This document shows positions 1-12,969 of a stretch of DNA of 64,000 nucleotides, piece by piece (position 1 is the first letter of the stretch; every line of letters begins with the position of its first letter). Source of the stretch: Lama glama (Eukaryota); contig CM052816.1 of the NCBI GenBank assembly GCA_028534125.1, forward strand, positions 59,212,001 to 59,276,000, in the 5' to 3' direction. The position numbers and the translations under genes were made by a program. The notes below the pieces were generated by a model. The model was not told the DNA's origin. It did not search any database and saw only the letters and a list, made by a program, of their open reading frames with translations.

Positions 1-104
1 CAAAACAAACCACTCCTCTTACAGAGTCCACTGACTCGGAGTGTCCAGAGCTGTAGAGACATAGACCACAGTTCCACACATGTGCCAATCAAGAATGGCA
101 GAAC

Positions 105-230
105 CTCCAAGCCTCAGTTCCCTGATTAGTAAAATGGAATAATTACATAGTCTTCATAAGTTTGATGTGAGGATTATGTGAGAAAACGTATAACGAAACT
201 CTTTGCACTTGGCAGGTGCTCAGTGTTATT
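105..230 (+). mobile_element. MIR SINE fragment
   Basis: MIR core-like 'agcctcagttccctgattagtaaaatggaataat...tgtgaggattatgtgaga'. Confidence 0.7.
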
Positions 231-2840
231 AATTCTCCACCCTTCCCATCACATTCTCATGCAAGGATAAGTCATTGTTCATTCGCACAAAATCTCAGTT
301 CCCCTCCAGTATTGTGAGCCCCTCCAGGACAAAAGTTGCAATGATTTGGCTTTACATAAGGAAGAGTAGGGTGACAGAAGGAACAGAAAATGACCTTGGT
401 CATGGACCTGTCTTTTATCATCTGTGTGCCTGTGGACTGGATCACCTGTCAATGAAACGGGGGGGTTGGTTTAGAGGACTGCTAAGATCTATGTGTCTAA
501 CCTAAATCCCCTAAAGACTTGGTTAATGGGCACCCAGGAAGTGATACCCAAGACTTTTTAAATAGGTGAATAGGAGAATGGCTGGTGTTTTGATGGCATT
601 GTGGTCACACTGGGCATTCCCTCCATGTGGGCTCATTCAAGCTGGACAGACTAGAGAGCTTGATCATGCTGCAGCTTCTCAAGCCCACAGAGAGAAGGTG
701 TCCCTTAGAACAGAAGCCCCACTCCAAATTCTGCAAGCCAGACAAGCAACTCACATGAATACATGCACTCCCCTACACCCCATCCATTCAGCTGTCCAGC
801 AAGAATGACATGAGGATGTGGGTGGAATGAGAGATAGAGAGATAGGAGTATAAATTCAAGCTCTGCAATTTCCCTTTTGTTTTACCCCCACAGCGGATGC
901 TGGAAGCTAGGGTACACCACTGGTGAGCAAATGTTTGGTATCTTCCCCACCCACTAATGGTGTAATGAAGATCAGTGTTGATGCTGAGAATTGCTTTGAG
1001 ATTAGCATGTAAAAAATGCTGTATGGGTCAGATTGTAAAATTGCCAGTTCTGTGACCACATCTTTATATAAAGAGAAAGGTTTTTCCCTGTCTCACACCA
1101 TTTATTTAAATTTATACAAAACCTGATAAATTCATTATATGATCAATCAATTTAGATGGTACTTTTGAGCCTATATTACACAAAGCTGGGATGAAGGTTC
1201 CTATTCTTGGCACCATCACAAGAATATCACAAGAATTTATTTCTGACGAGCTTGTCTGGATCTTTCTTTAAGAATGCTAAGACACAGGATCATTCCAATG
1301 CAACATCATTGCTGGCTCTAAGACCAGGAACTTCAAACAATACACGGTTTTATAATTAATTGAAATTGGCCAAAGGTCAAACTAGTGGGAGGAAGGGATT
1401 AGAAATCAGTCACTAAAGGGAAATGAACTGTCCAGCTCAAAAGATGAGCTAACCTACCAGTGGTCCTAACCTCCCCATTTCAGCACTGTCCTTATTGGGA
1501 AATCTGGACTGGAAGGCAGTAAGGTAAAGAGAGGTAACTCATTCTAAAATATGAGCTCCTGGCGATTTTCAATTTTCACAGATTCTTTAGTTTAAGGATT
1601 TGCAGAAGAACTTGGAAACAGATGTTATGAAGACTGCCAACTCCAGTGCACCGCAGTGTCACTCATACATCCTGCTTCATCAGTGTGGAGTATGAAATAA
1701 CCTCACAATACTTTGAAAGTTCAATTTATAATAACTCCAATCCCCTGTTCTCACTGAGAGGAGAAGTCTATACTTTCTTTCCTGACCATTGCTCATGAGA
1801 AGACTGAGAACCCACGTCCACAGAGGACAAGACAATCACTCATGGAAGAAGATGATGGTGCTTGCTGTGTCTCTACTGAAAGCATTTGTCCATCAGTCCA
1901 GACAAGCAGAAGAGCTGCTGCCACCAACCATCTGGCGTCGGGGACATTGGCAGGGCAGAGTGCTTCTCCCTGGAGTGCCATGTTCCACTCAGTCAGGAGA
2001 CTCCATACAAAGCAAGTGGAGTTCCAGTGTGGCAAGTCTTTGTGATCAGTCCTCTTCCTCACATACTCAGCTATTCTCCACTGGGCATGGCCATGGTATG
2101 AGGATGATTGGATCAGAAAAGGGCAATGTTGGTGCTAGACCAGCTCTCCTCTTGGATAATCTTGACCCTGTTCTTGAGCTGAAGGTGCTTAAATGTACTT
2201 GATGGTGAGTTTCCCCTGGAGCCCCACCCCAAGGACTTTTCCTGCTAAGTTCATTAAAATTAAAAACATTTCAGTATTTCAGAGATGTTCTAATAATTTG
2301 GAGTACCAAAATTAGGAACTTTGAGTCTTGTTTCTTTTCAACCTCCATAGAATCCCCTGAATCCCAGTGTAAATATACGGTTGGTACTTGAAGGAATGCA
2401 CTGTCTAGCACCAATGCCAACAGCAGCCAAGCACTAAGACTTTGTCAAGTCAGGGGATACCCTGTTACAGCTCTTCCGTGCGGGCGCTGGGTAAGCAGCA
2501 GCCTTACGTCTAGTGAGCCTCTCAGGTAGCTCAGCCCAGAACAAGACTGTCCACCTCAGAGTGACTTGATAACTAGAATCAGAAACAGCAACTTTTGATG
2601 GCCTTTTTCAAATAGTAATAATAAAAGACTAATTGTAAATGCTACATCACTGGGCCCCTGGTGATGGAGACAGGCTCATAGTTTGTGAGAATTGATTACA
2701 TGCTGAGTACTTGCATAAACTGCATCTTTATTAATACCCAGTGAAAGGGAAAGGGTAGGAGGGGAAGAACCCTGAGCCCCAAGATGTGCAGGTACTATGC
2801 TAGTCCTAACATTCTTTGTCTCATTAGAAAGCTAAGGTTC

Positions 2841-3000
2841 GGGGAGGGGGAAGTATAGCTCAGTGGTAGAGCGCATGCTTAGCGTGTGCGAAATCCTGGG
2901 TTCAATCCCCAGTACCTCCACTATAAACAAACAAACAAGCAAACAAACCCTCCCTCCCCCAAGCAACAAAGAAAGAAAGATAGAAAGATAGGTAGGTAGG
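2841..3000 (+). mobile_element. tRNA-Ala-derived SINE (camelid vic-1 type)
   Basis: 'gggggaagtatagctcagtggtagagcgcatgcttagc...ctgggttcaatccccagtacctcca' with A box (tagctcagtgg) and B box (ggttcaatcc), then (aaac)n, a C-rich patch and a simple-repeat tail. Confidence 0.9.
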
Positions 3001-3004
3001 TAAG

Positions 3005-3116
3005 GCTTGGAGAGGTTAAGGAACGTGACCATGGTCACACAGCCAGAATACGGCAGAGATGGGATTCAGAATCAAATCTTCATAACTCCAGCATCCGTGT
3101 CTTAACCACTGCACCC
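3005..3116 (-). mobile_element. MIR fragment adjacent to the vic-1 SINE
   Basis: 'gagaggttaagg...ggtcacacagcc...ggcagagatgggattcagaatc...cttaaccactg'. Confidence 0.75.
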
Positions 3117-5487
3117 TAGGGCCTCTCTGGCTTAGCAGTGAGGTAAGTTGTTAACTAATCTAACAAGCAGAAATGTAGAAAACACAAGGAATGGGGTCCA
3201 TCTAAAACTATCTCCTTCTCTCCTCATATCTCTGTTCCACGCCAGGTGTGCCTTGGTGATTAATGCTTCTGAAGCTCTGGGCGTGTCCAGATGATATGCT
3301 ATCTACAGCACACAAGTGGGAAATTTCAAGATGGTGTTCTTTAACAGGCTTGCCACCAAATGCTGTCAGAAAACTAAAATTGTCCAGGCTATTTTGAGAC
3401 CAAACTCAAAGTTTTATCCAGCTTCTCCCCAAAGTAAATTGACGTCCATGAATCTCAGAGCTGTTTTCTGCCTCTCATTTTGGTTGGAGTCATATAGCCA
3501 GAGTTTGTGCTCAAATCCATGTCCCTCTATTCACCCTAACCCTTCTGAAGAGCCCAGTGGAATTACTTGGTCTCAGGTGGAGTCGGGGGCCTGCAGTCAC
3601 CAGTTTCAAAATAGACAGAGGGCAAGGATTGACTCAGAACGTGAACACAGTATGAAGGCTAAAATTAGAATTGCCCGTTTAATGTTTACACACCTCATAG
3701 GCTAAGGGTGGGTGTAGCTTGTTTACTTTTATGTGTAAATTACCAAGTTTTCCCACCTTGAGATAGGAACCTGGCCTGTGAGACAGAATTTTCTTTTCTT
3801 GCCTCCTTTCATAACAAGTAGGGATGACTTGGCGAAACGTGTGTTGGTTTTTTCATTCCAGGTGAGAAAGCAGAAGTAAGGCTGCAAATTCTGAGTGATG
3901 CATCTACGCTGCATCTGAGGCTAGGCTGCATAGCACACTAACGTAAATAGTAAGAAGGACTGGAAATGTCACTCCCCCACCATCCACCCCATTATTGGCA
4001 CCTGACACTTGGCCCTGGCTCCTGGAGTCCTCATGGTCACCATGCAGCCTGGGAAGTGATGCAGGGTGACACACATGGAGAATCTTCTCCTGGAAATGGG
4101 TTTGGAAGACAGCTGATTATAAATAATAAGCCCTTGTGTATGTGATTGAAAATAAACTCAGACAGTGCATAAGGTCACAGTTATGTGTTGAAAGGCGAAA
4201 GTCCGTCATCTGCCGCTAGCCACACGCCTTAACATGCTTTTCCCTGTGCCTGGGATCCCATCCCAGGACCTCAGACTAAGTGATCGGACACATCTTCATA
4301 CGGAGTCCAGTGACTTAGGGATAGACTCCCATGGAATTTAAACTTTTATTAAAAACACATAATTTTTGGTGCATTTTAAGAAAGGAGGCTATGTTGTCAC
4401 ATGGTAGACAATCACATGATCTCCGATCTCTCAGCTCATTACTGGTTACCCAGATGCCGCAGCTGAGGGACTGTTCTGGGTCAGCTTTCATATATTTTCC
4501 TCCATTCATCCTATGTGATATTATTCAGTTACAGCATGTTTGTTGGCCCCAAACTGTATGAATGAAAAAATTGACAAGTTCTCAAGCTTTGTCCCTCCAT
4601 ACAGAAAAACATTGTAATTTTTCATCCTTGCTTGTGATTGTATACTAAAATTCTTGTTAAGCAAATAATATTTCTGGGCCAGAAAATTGAATATATGGGG
4701 TCGGGATGTTATTTCTTCTCTTCACCCACGATGGTCATCTCAGCTGAGCTGTTTCCTTCCTGTCTTCCTTTGTCATACTCCACAGCAGTTGTTCTGGAGT
4801 TAACTGTACCATCTCAAGAGGATAATTTTCTATCAACTTAAAACGCTTAGGAGGACTCAGGGAAAAGTATTTTGGCACCTCTTTAGGGAGAATTGTTGTG
4901 CTGGTCGCAGTAACATTTTGGAAATAAGAAGTGTCTTTAGTCTCATGATTACATAAATTTCTACTTGGGAAACAGGGATTGTTCTGGCATTGTGGGCCTG
5001 GAATTTAAGATATCATCTTTCTTTTTTCTTACCTAAATTCCTTTTCTGTGAATCTATGTTGTTGGTGAGAACACAGCTCAGGAGGAGACTGGCTGTAATT
5101 TCAGTCCTCAAGCCTACAGACAATGCAAGGAGGCTCAAATACTTTAAGTTATTTTAGGGGATAGGCAGGACCAGGAGGGGGGAGTCACAGCTTCTCACTC
5201 AGTTGGCCCTTGTACAGCATCGGAGAGCTCTAGGGCACACGGGGGAAGCACAACTCCTGCGTTTTTATAAAAGACTCCTTGAAATAGGAACATTTCAGGT
5301 AGCAAATGAGTCCCAATGGCAGCTTAATGCTATAAAAAGAGTTAGAACTTTTACCCTAAGTATAGGTTCCCAGCCTGTGCACTGTGGGCTCCTGGCAGGC
5401 TGCAGTTTTGTAAAGGGTGAGAAATTCACAACTGGGTAGAAAATAGCCCGGCTGATCTGTCCCACCCAGTTGTGTGCTAGGTCATCT

Positions 5488-5612
5488 AACACAGTGGTTA
5501 AGGCTCTGGAGCCTGGCAGAGTCAAACCCTGGCTCTGCCTCTTAGCTGCGTGGCCCTGAACAAACTATTTCATCTCTAGGTGTGTCGGTTTCTTCATTTC
5601 TGCAAAATGTGG
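5488..5612 (+). mobile_element. MIR fragment
   Basis: 'cagtggttaaggctctggagcc...caaaccctggctctgcctcttagctgcgtggccctgaacaa'. Confidence 0.75.
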
Positions 5613-5855
5613 ACTAGTGTCGCTAATATGGTTAGGACTCCACACATTTTGGTTATTGTCATTGTTTGACAGATCTGTGGCTGTCATGAGAAATTAAAAA
5701 TATTCATTTAAATGTGATTTCATTGCTACCCTTTGTAAATATATATAGTTTCAATGGCTGGAAACCAAATGCAGGATTATCAACGTCTGGGAGCTCCTCA
5801 TTCTCAGAAAGACATGGAAGTAATAAAGAGCTGGGACTGAGTTATCCTAAAAGAG

Positions 5856-6355
5856 NNNNNNNNNNNNNNNNNNNNNNNNNNNNNNNNNNNNNNNNNNNNN
5901 NNNNNNNNNNNNNNNNNNNNNNNNNNNNNNNNNNNNNNNNNNNNNNNNNNNNNNNNNNNNNNNNNNNNNNNNNNNNNNNNNNNNNNNNNNNNNNNNNNNN
6001 NNNNNNNNNNNNNNNNNNNNNNNNNNNNNNNNNNNNNNNNNNNNNNNNNNNNNNNNNNNNNNNNNNNNNNNNNNNNNNNNNNNNNNNNNNNNNNNNNNNN
6101 NNNNNNNNNNNNNNNNNNNNNNNNNNNNNNNNNNNNNNNNNNNNNNNNNNNNNNNNNNNNNNNNNNNNNNNNNNNNNNNNNNNNNNNNNNNNNNNNNNNN
6201 NNNNNNNNNNNNNNNNNNNNNNNNNNNNNNNNNNNNNNNNNNNNNNNNNNNNNNNNNNNNNNNNNNNNNNNNNNNNNNNNNNNNNNNNNNNNNNNNNNNN
6301 NNNNNNNNNNNNNNNNNNNNNNNNNNNNNNNNNNNNNNNNNNNNNNNNNNNNNNN
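5856..6355. other. Assembly gap (500 N)
   Basis: Run of N characters. Confidence 1.
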
Positions 6356-7059
6356 TCATTGAGCGGGGCCAAAGAGAGAGAGAAACACTGTTTTCTCTGG
6401 ATTTACTTTTGAGCAGTCTTTGCATGAAAGACTGAAAATGTATGTCCAATGAGTGCTCAGCTCCTGGGAAGAGAGGCCTCAGAGATGGGTCCTGGAGGAG
6501 TGGGGCTGAGGCTGTTTCCAGCAGAGGGGGCAATGCTAATGCAGAGATTCCAGAACACCGTCCCAGCCTTCCCTTAGAGCTCTTCTCCGTCCTCCACTGG
6601 CTGGGGCCAGGGAAGGGAGAAATGTACCTGGAGGGCAACACCTCCGGGAAGCCCGGTTCTCTATGGTAGCTAAAGACCAAATCCAACAGGAGTCAAGTTG
6701 AAATGCCAAGGTTCTGCCCAGAGCTCACTGTGAGCTGGATCCACCTCATGGGATCCTGGGGGGGGGGGGCGGTAGAGGAGATCTGTTCAGGAAGAGGCAG
6801 AATTGGGAAGAAGGCCAAAAATCAAGGTAACTGCATCTGTGGGAAAAGGAACATATTTTTACTTTGGATTTGTAGGTGTATCAAAAATCTCCTTTTCCTT
6901 CTTTTTTTATATTCAAAAGTATTTCAGATACACTGCGATCTATTTACCATAGGGAATATTATGCAGAAATGAAAATAGGTAACAATAGGAATGATCCTGA
7001 GCAATAAAATATTTAGTGAAAAAAATCCCAAAATATTACATACGGCCTGATAACCCTGA

Positions 7060-7430
7060 GAAATTTTTATGTGGAGAATTTTAAACATGGACAAACAGCA
7101 AGGCTACTGTAACTTCCTCTGTGTACCCACCACTCACCTTCCATCATGGCTAATCTTGCTTCATGTGAATGAGTTACCTGCCCTGCTCCTCCTTTATTGA
7201 AGACAATCTCAGACATCAGAGAATACCATTTTTATAATGTTAAAAATAAGTAAAAATTAAAATTTTTTCATGAATACATAGGTACAATAAAACCATGTAA
7301 AAAACTCAGGGCCATGAGAAGCACTGCTCTTAGGGTGACAGTTATGGCAGGTGGGGGGAGGTTACATGTAGATTAGTGTCTGATGTGATTTTGTTTTGAA
7401 TGCCAGCTTGGGGTACTTATTACCTTGTTA
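7060..7430. mobile_element. Old L1 (L1ME/L1MC-like) 3' fragments
   Basis: Degenerate motifs such as 'tgtgtacccaccactcacc', 'catggctaatcttgcttcat' and an AT-rich L1 3'UTR-like stretch. Confidence 0.45.
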
Positions 7431-8149
7431 AAGATAATTAACTAAAGAACTAACTAGACACACAAAAGGAGGTCATTCAAAAACCAATATGAAAGAATGT
7501 ATGAACCAAGGATTCAAATGCATCAAATTCTGTGCACCCAAAGCCCCACTGGTCCCCTTTCTGCCTGAGTTAACGACGTCAGCACTGCTTTCCTTTTCAA
7601 AGGTGACTAGAGAGTGTGGCAGAAGAGGACTTTGAATCTAGCTTGTTTTAGGGTCTGGTTAGATGGCTCAGACTCTCTGTGCCCATGACCGTGACCGTGT
7701 CCATGTCCTGTTTTGCTTTAAGCCTCTTTACTTTGCCTTACTCCTGCCTGACTTCTGGGACCCAGAACCGCAGCTTGATAGAAGAGGCTGCAGAATGATT
7801 GCATCCTACACAGGAGAGGTGCCTTCCTTACAGCCAGATGGATTGTGGGGGCTCCTCTAAGATGTCTGTGTGGTGAATTTTATTTCTGGCAGGAGAGATT
7901 CCAGAGCAAGGAGGAAGGTAGAAGTAAGAGAGGAGAAATGTGAAGCAGAAAGACAGGAAAAGAAAGTAGGGAGAGTGTTCATAGCTATTTACATTGTATG
8001 TTTTCTCAATCCAAGATGTATTTAAATGGATTAATTTGACAAACTGTTCAACTTTCACCCTGTGTCCTGACTTGAGTTTTGAGTGTATACAATTTTGGTA
8101 GGTTGAATTGCTTGGTTTAATTAACTTTGTCTATTGAGCAAAGGGTTGA

Positions 8150-8312
8150 AGGGCAGAGTGTAATGCATTGAGACCCCCTCTTTTAACCTTGGTTCTAACC
8201 TACTGAGAGGATCATTTAAGTTCTCTGAATCTCAGTTTCCACATCTGTAAAAACAAGGAGGATGGACTAGAAGATATCTCGGGTCCATTTCAGGAGTAAT
8301 ACTTTATGATTT
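8150..8312 (+). mobile_element. MIR fragment
   Basis: 'tcatttaagttctctgaatctcagtttccacatctgtaaaa...gatggactag'. Confidence 0.7.
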
Positions 8313-8894
8313 TAAGTGACTTGAATAGACCATTTATCGCAGAAAAGGATATTTCGCAGGGATTTAAAAGACCAGTACATTTGGTCTCTGACTCCCCAGA
8401 TTGAGGTTCCATTTCTACACATGCAATTGCTTAGTTCTTGAATTCTCATGTGTTTCTACATTTTCTTATGACCTGCACACCTTAAAAGGAAATGAGGGTT
8501 GCAAAATCTTCTCCACAAAACCCTGTGGTAAATGGAGCAAAACTTTTGTTGAATAAGGAAGAATTCTCTGAATGGGAACAGTCACGAAGTCAACCTCAGA
8601 TTCTCGGTATTCACTAACACAAGTCCCAGGTAGAACATGTCTCTCTGGTTTAGAGAACTATGGGATACAGAGATCTGGCCCTGAGATAAACACACACACA
8701 CATAATTAAAGGAAACGTCTTTTTTCAGTCCATGCAGTCTGATTTAGGGCCCAGAATCATGGCTCTTCTACCTAGAGAGGAACAAGTGAGGAGGCATTAA
8801 GTTCTGATGCCAAGTCCCTTCCTTGGTGCCCAAGGGAGAATGATGCTGAGAAAGGAGGGTGGGTTCTACCCTCTAGCATCTGAGGTAGTCATGG

Positions 8895-9030
8895 GGAAAG
8901 TCATGTAAGCTTTCTGAGTCTCAACTTTCTCATCTCTAAAATGGAGCACATGATAGTCTCACTCACAAGGTCATTGTAAAGATTAGATGAGATAATGAAT
9001 TTTAAAAGAACTTTGTAAATTCAAAAGTAA
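8895..9030 (+). mobile_element. MIR fragment
   Basis: 'aagtcatgtaagctttctgagtctcaactttctcatctctaaaatgg...gattagatgagataatg'. Confidence 0.7.
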
Positions 9031-9476
9031 TATACACACAGCTATACAAGAATAATATGCAAGTATAATTATTGATCCTATAAGCCAAGCAGACCAGTGC
9101 TATGCCTCAAAGGAAAAAAGGGAGATGGTGGGGCGGGTAGGTAAACTTGTTTCCTTGATGTCGTCTTTAAGATACAATACTGAAATAAGTTCCTTCAAAG
9201 AGCTGTATGGCATCATGGATTCAGTAGGCTACAATTTAGAGGGGGTACTAACAAGGACTGACACAGCTGGATGTTGTCATAGGAGCAGCAGATACGAAGA
9301 GGGCCCTGAAAATGGTGTTGGCAGGAGTAGATGCCCGAAACACCATTCACTGGCAGCAGCTGTGACAAGAGGTGGGAATAGAAGCCACTTCCAATGACAG
9401 AAAGTTCCCCAATGGAGCACCTGCTGAGAGTGGTCCCTAGCACAGGACTATGTCCAAGGAGAGGAGCCACTCGTAG

Positions 9477-9484
9477 TGACGTCA
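9477..9484. promoter_or_regulatory. Palindromic CRE (TGACGTCA)
   Basis: Exact consensus in a locally CpG-retaining, non-repeat segment; function unverified. Confidence 0.35.
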
Positions 9485-9584
9485 GTAGCCTGGCGGGAAT
9501 CACCCTCAGGGCTACCACTGAGCGTCACGGGTCAGACATGCCACTAGGGAGGTTCCTGGGCGAGGGGGAGACCGCTGAGCGTTT

Positions 9585-9830
9585 GTGTAGTGGTTAAAAT
9601 ATGTGGGCTTCAGACCAAATTTCCTGGATTCAAATCCTGACTCCGTCAACTGTGTGACCTTTGAGAACGGTCTCTGTGCTTCCCTTTTCTCATTTGTTAA
9701 ATGTAGATAATAATTGCATCTGACTCACATGGTGGTTGTGAGAGTTCTATGAGTTGATACACATAACGCATTTAATTCCTGGATCTTATTACATGCCTGA
9801 CTCATATTAAGTATATTATTGCCGTGGTTG
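9585..9830 (+). mobile_element. MIR, near full length
   Basis: 'gtagtggttaaaa...cctggattcaaatcctgactcc...ctgtgtgacctt...ggttgtgagagttctatgagttgat'. Confidence 0.8.
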
Positions 9831-12358
9831 TTGGTAATCCTACTACTATCACTACCATCGTCTTCTTTAAAAAGAGAATAACAGCTTCTCACCAGGAAAT
9901 GTGGCATCACTGGAGGCTTGTATTTTTGGTTATCATCTCCATGTATGACCTAGGGCTCTCTGACTTTCCAAAAAGAAAGAAGGTCTAGTAAAAGAGTTTT
10001 GATTGTAACAGTAGGTTATTCCCTTGCTACACAGAGAGGCATTCATCTATCCTTTGACTCTGCCTCCTCTTTTCCATGGAAAGAAAGGAAGTAAAACCTT
10101 CAGCGCACACTACGGGGAACTTACAGCATTCACAAAGATGCAGCTCCCTCTCACATGCACCAGAATCCCCGCTCAGGTTCACGCCTCAAATCCCTGCTCC
10201 AAGCAAGTGCCCCCAGTGGGAGGGCTATTACTGGACTCTGGCAGGAGAGAGGCCAAGTATAGCTTCTGTTTCTTGTATTCAACAGTAAGTTCAAATATCT
10301 CAACCATGAATATTTCCTAGAGGATATCCCATGATGTTTTTGGAATTTCCAATATGGAGGGGTTTGATTTAAAAAATGAATGAAAGCAGATCAAACTTCA
10401 CTTACCAAATTACTTTGCCCTTCCCTTGTGGGTCAAAGTGTGCTTTGTGCCCTGGTGTTAATGGTGCTGTAGGGAAAGCTTTTTCCCTATGTCATTTGGA
10501 AATTAAAAAGATTTGAGAAACTAATTTTAAAATACAGCATTCAGGTGACTTGTGACCAGTGATATGTGCAGAGTGGGCCTGCGGTCAGGGACATCTGATC
10601 CCCACACCCACCCCAAGACTGGTGCTATTTAACAATCATGAATGCCATTCAGAAGAATGCTCACTATAAGATGTCTCTATTTAAGACAAGTAATTGGAAT
10701 AGTAATTAATTATTCATGCCATGAGAGAGAGTGTGTGCTTATTATGACTAATAGCTCCTGGTGTAGAAAAAGCAGAGGCTCAAGAGATGCTTTGAGTCGT
10801 GTTCATGCCATCAGACACACCAGATTCCATCATCTCTACTCTGTGAATGGAATTACCAAGGTTTCAAGAGGTTAATTGACTTGTCCAGGATCACTCAGTT
10901 AGATCATTATTAGTGAGCTGGAGCAAAGGTGAAAGGAAGAAAATAACTATTTGCCTTATATGCCATCCATATTATTTTTTTCTCCATGGAGAACAAGGGT
11001 CCATAGCCATCAGTAACTACAGAATATACACCAAATTCTCCACCATACACTGTAGAAGGGAAGGAGAGCAAAAAAGAAACAAAATGCCTGGACTTCTCAA
11101 AATGGACACAGCAAATCAAATTCTAGATGTTAAACAGGCAGGACCCCTGGGAGAAGGGTCTACCTGTGCTGTCAGGGATGAGTTGAAAGAAGGGACTAAT
11201 GAGACGTGATAGTGTAATCAGCATTGTTGACTTCTCTGAGGACAACCTTGACTTTTCTGTCCTTTTTATTCCCAGTTCCTCTGTTAGAACAAAGGGAACA
11301 CTATTACTTCTGGGTGTTCTTGGGGGATGCTGAAAACATGTTCCCCTTTCCCTGGGTAGTAGAAAGAGCATCCTTTAGAGCAATGTATGTTACTGATTTT
11401 GCCAATTATCAGGGTGAAAACATATTTGCTCATCTATAAAATCAGAATGACAACGACAGTCGTGATTTTGGACACAATCAGCATTGTGTCTAGCACGGGG
11501 TTCTTCCCTTACAAAAGTGAAACCCTGCTTCTTTATTTGGGAACTAGAAGTAGGGGCAAAAACTGGCACTGTATCTGGTTGGCCTTTTCCTCTTTCTCTT
11601 TTCTCTGCTTTGAACTTGAAATAGAGTAACTGGGAGTGAAAATATTCTCCTATTGTAGGGGGTTTTTTTCCTTTATCTCTTGAATTGTGAAATATCAGAG
11701 TAATCAAGGTAATAAATTTTCAACTCACTTGAGCTTGTGCAACATTTTGAGCTTGTGCAAACCTGTAAGAGAGTTTCAACCAACTACTGGTTACATAGCT
11801 TCAGTGTCATATGCTTGTAAGGAATGGAATACTATTCCTATAGATTTAATCTGGATGTTGTATCAAAATGCATTAGCAAGCCAAGAGTTCAAGTTATGGT
11901 GTTAATGTGACTAAACCCAAAGTAAAGACAACAGAGTACTTACTCATAACACACTCCAGAGCAAGAATAAAATTAGAGTGTACTTCTGAAGGGCTGGGGC
12001 TAGGAATAGCCTGTGGATATTTACAGAATATACCATATTTCAGAGTACACATCTCTTCCTCTGTAGTATGACTTGAATAGTATTCTGATCCTGGTTGTTT
12101 TAAATAAAGAGGGTCAAAAAATCAGGAAACCTCAAGATGAGTCGTATTAGAAAAATGCATTTGTATTATCAGAAGGAAGGGAAGAGTGGGGATAGATCAG
12201 TTAAAAGCCACCAACCACAAAGGAAGGGCAGATATGCCAATCCTACAGAGACTTGGCTGGACAAGGCGGCTCAGAAGCAGGAGCTGTTTCAGTGAGAAAG
12301 GAAGGAAAATAAGCCCAGAGTTCCTTATAGAGAGAAAACTCTTTAGAATATGGTATTT

Positions 12359-12532
12359 GTATTAGTTGGGTTTTCTTAGTTGGAATAAAGCAAACTTTGG
12401 CTGAGTTTTACTTTAAAAAATAACTTATTGAAGATACATTTAATTGCTTCAGGAAAGCCTGGAGAACAAAGAATCTAGGGGGGCTAGGACCAGAGCCAAA
12501 ACCAGGATACAGGAATTTTCTGGTGAGGATGG
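12359..12532 (-). mobile_element. Old MaLR LTR fragment (MLT1J/K/L-like) interrupted by MLT1B
   Basis: 'gtattagttgggttttcttagttggaataaagcaaactttggctgag'. Confidence 0.45.
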
Positions 12533-12969
12533 TGTATTGGTTTGCTAAGGCTGGCATGACTAAGTACCACAGGCTGGGTGGCTTAAACAACAGAAATTTA
12601 TTGTCTACAGTTCTGGAGGCTAGAAGGCCAAGGTCAGGGTGTCTGCAGGGTTGGTTCATCCTGAGGGCTGCGAGGGAGGGATCTGTTCCAGGCCTTTCTC
12701 TTTGGCTTATAGATGGTTGTCTTCATGCTCACATGGCATTCTCCTTGTGTTTATCTTTACATTGTCTTCCTTCTATGCATGTCTCTGTGTCTAAATTGCT
12801 CCTTACTATAAGAATGTCAGTCATTTTGGATTAGTGCCCACCCTGATGACCTTACTCTAACTTGATGACCTCTGCAAAGACCCTGTCTCCTAACAAGCTC
12901 ACACTCTGAGATACTTGGGGTTAGGTGTTCAACATAAGAACTTGAGGGGATGAACTGCAACCCAAAACA
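12533..12969 (-). mobile_element. MaLR solo LTR (MLT1B-like)
   Basis: TG...CA ends; 'aagtaccacaggctgggtggcttaaacaacagaaatttattgtct', 'ctctgcaaagaccctgtctcctaacaag'. Confidence 0.85.

Noticed and set aside
1789..2202. 137-aa ORF and overlapping minus-strand ORF with faint resemblance to an RTE reverse-transcriptase C-terminus (HWQGRV, GHGMRM) or a USP Cys-box (LPHWNSTCF)
   Set aside because: Similarities are only a few residues, with no coherent alignment or exon structure; a BLASTx/HMM search would be needed.
2847..2920. tRNA-Ala gene
   Set aside because: Imperfect stems, no oligo-T terminator, a simple-repeat tail and a second diverged copy at 38.3 kb indicate a SINE.
5714..6686. Long ORFs of 176-279 aa
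   Set aside because: Artefacts of translating through the 500-N gap.
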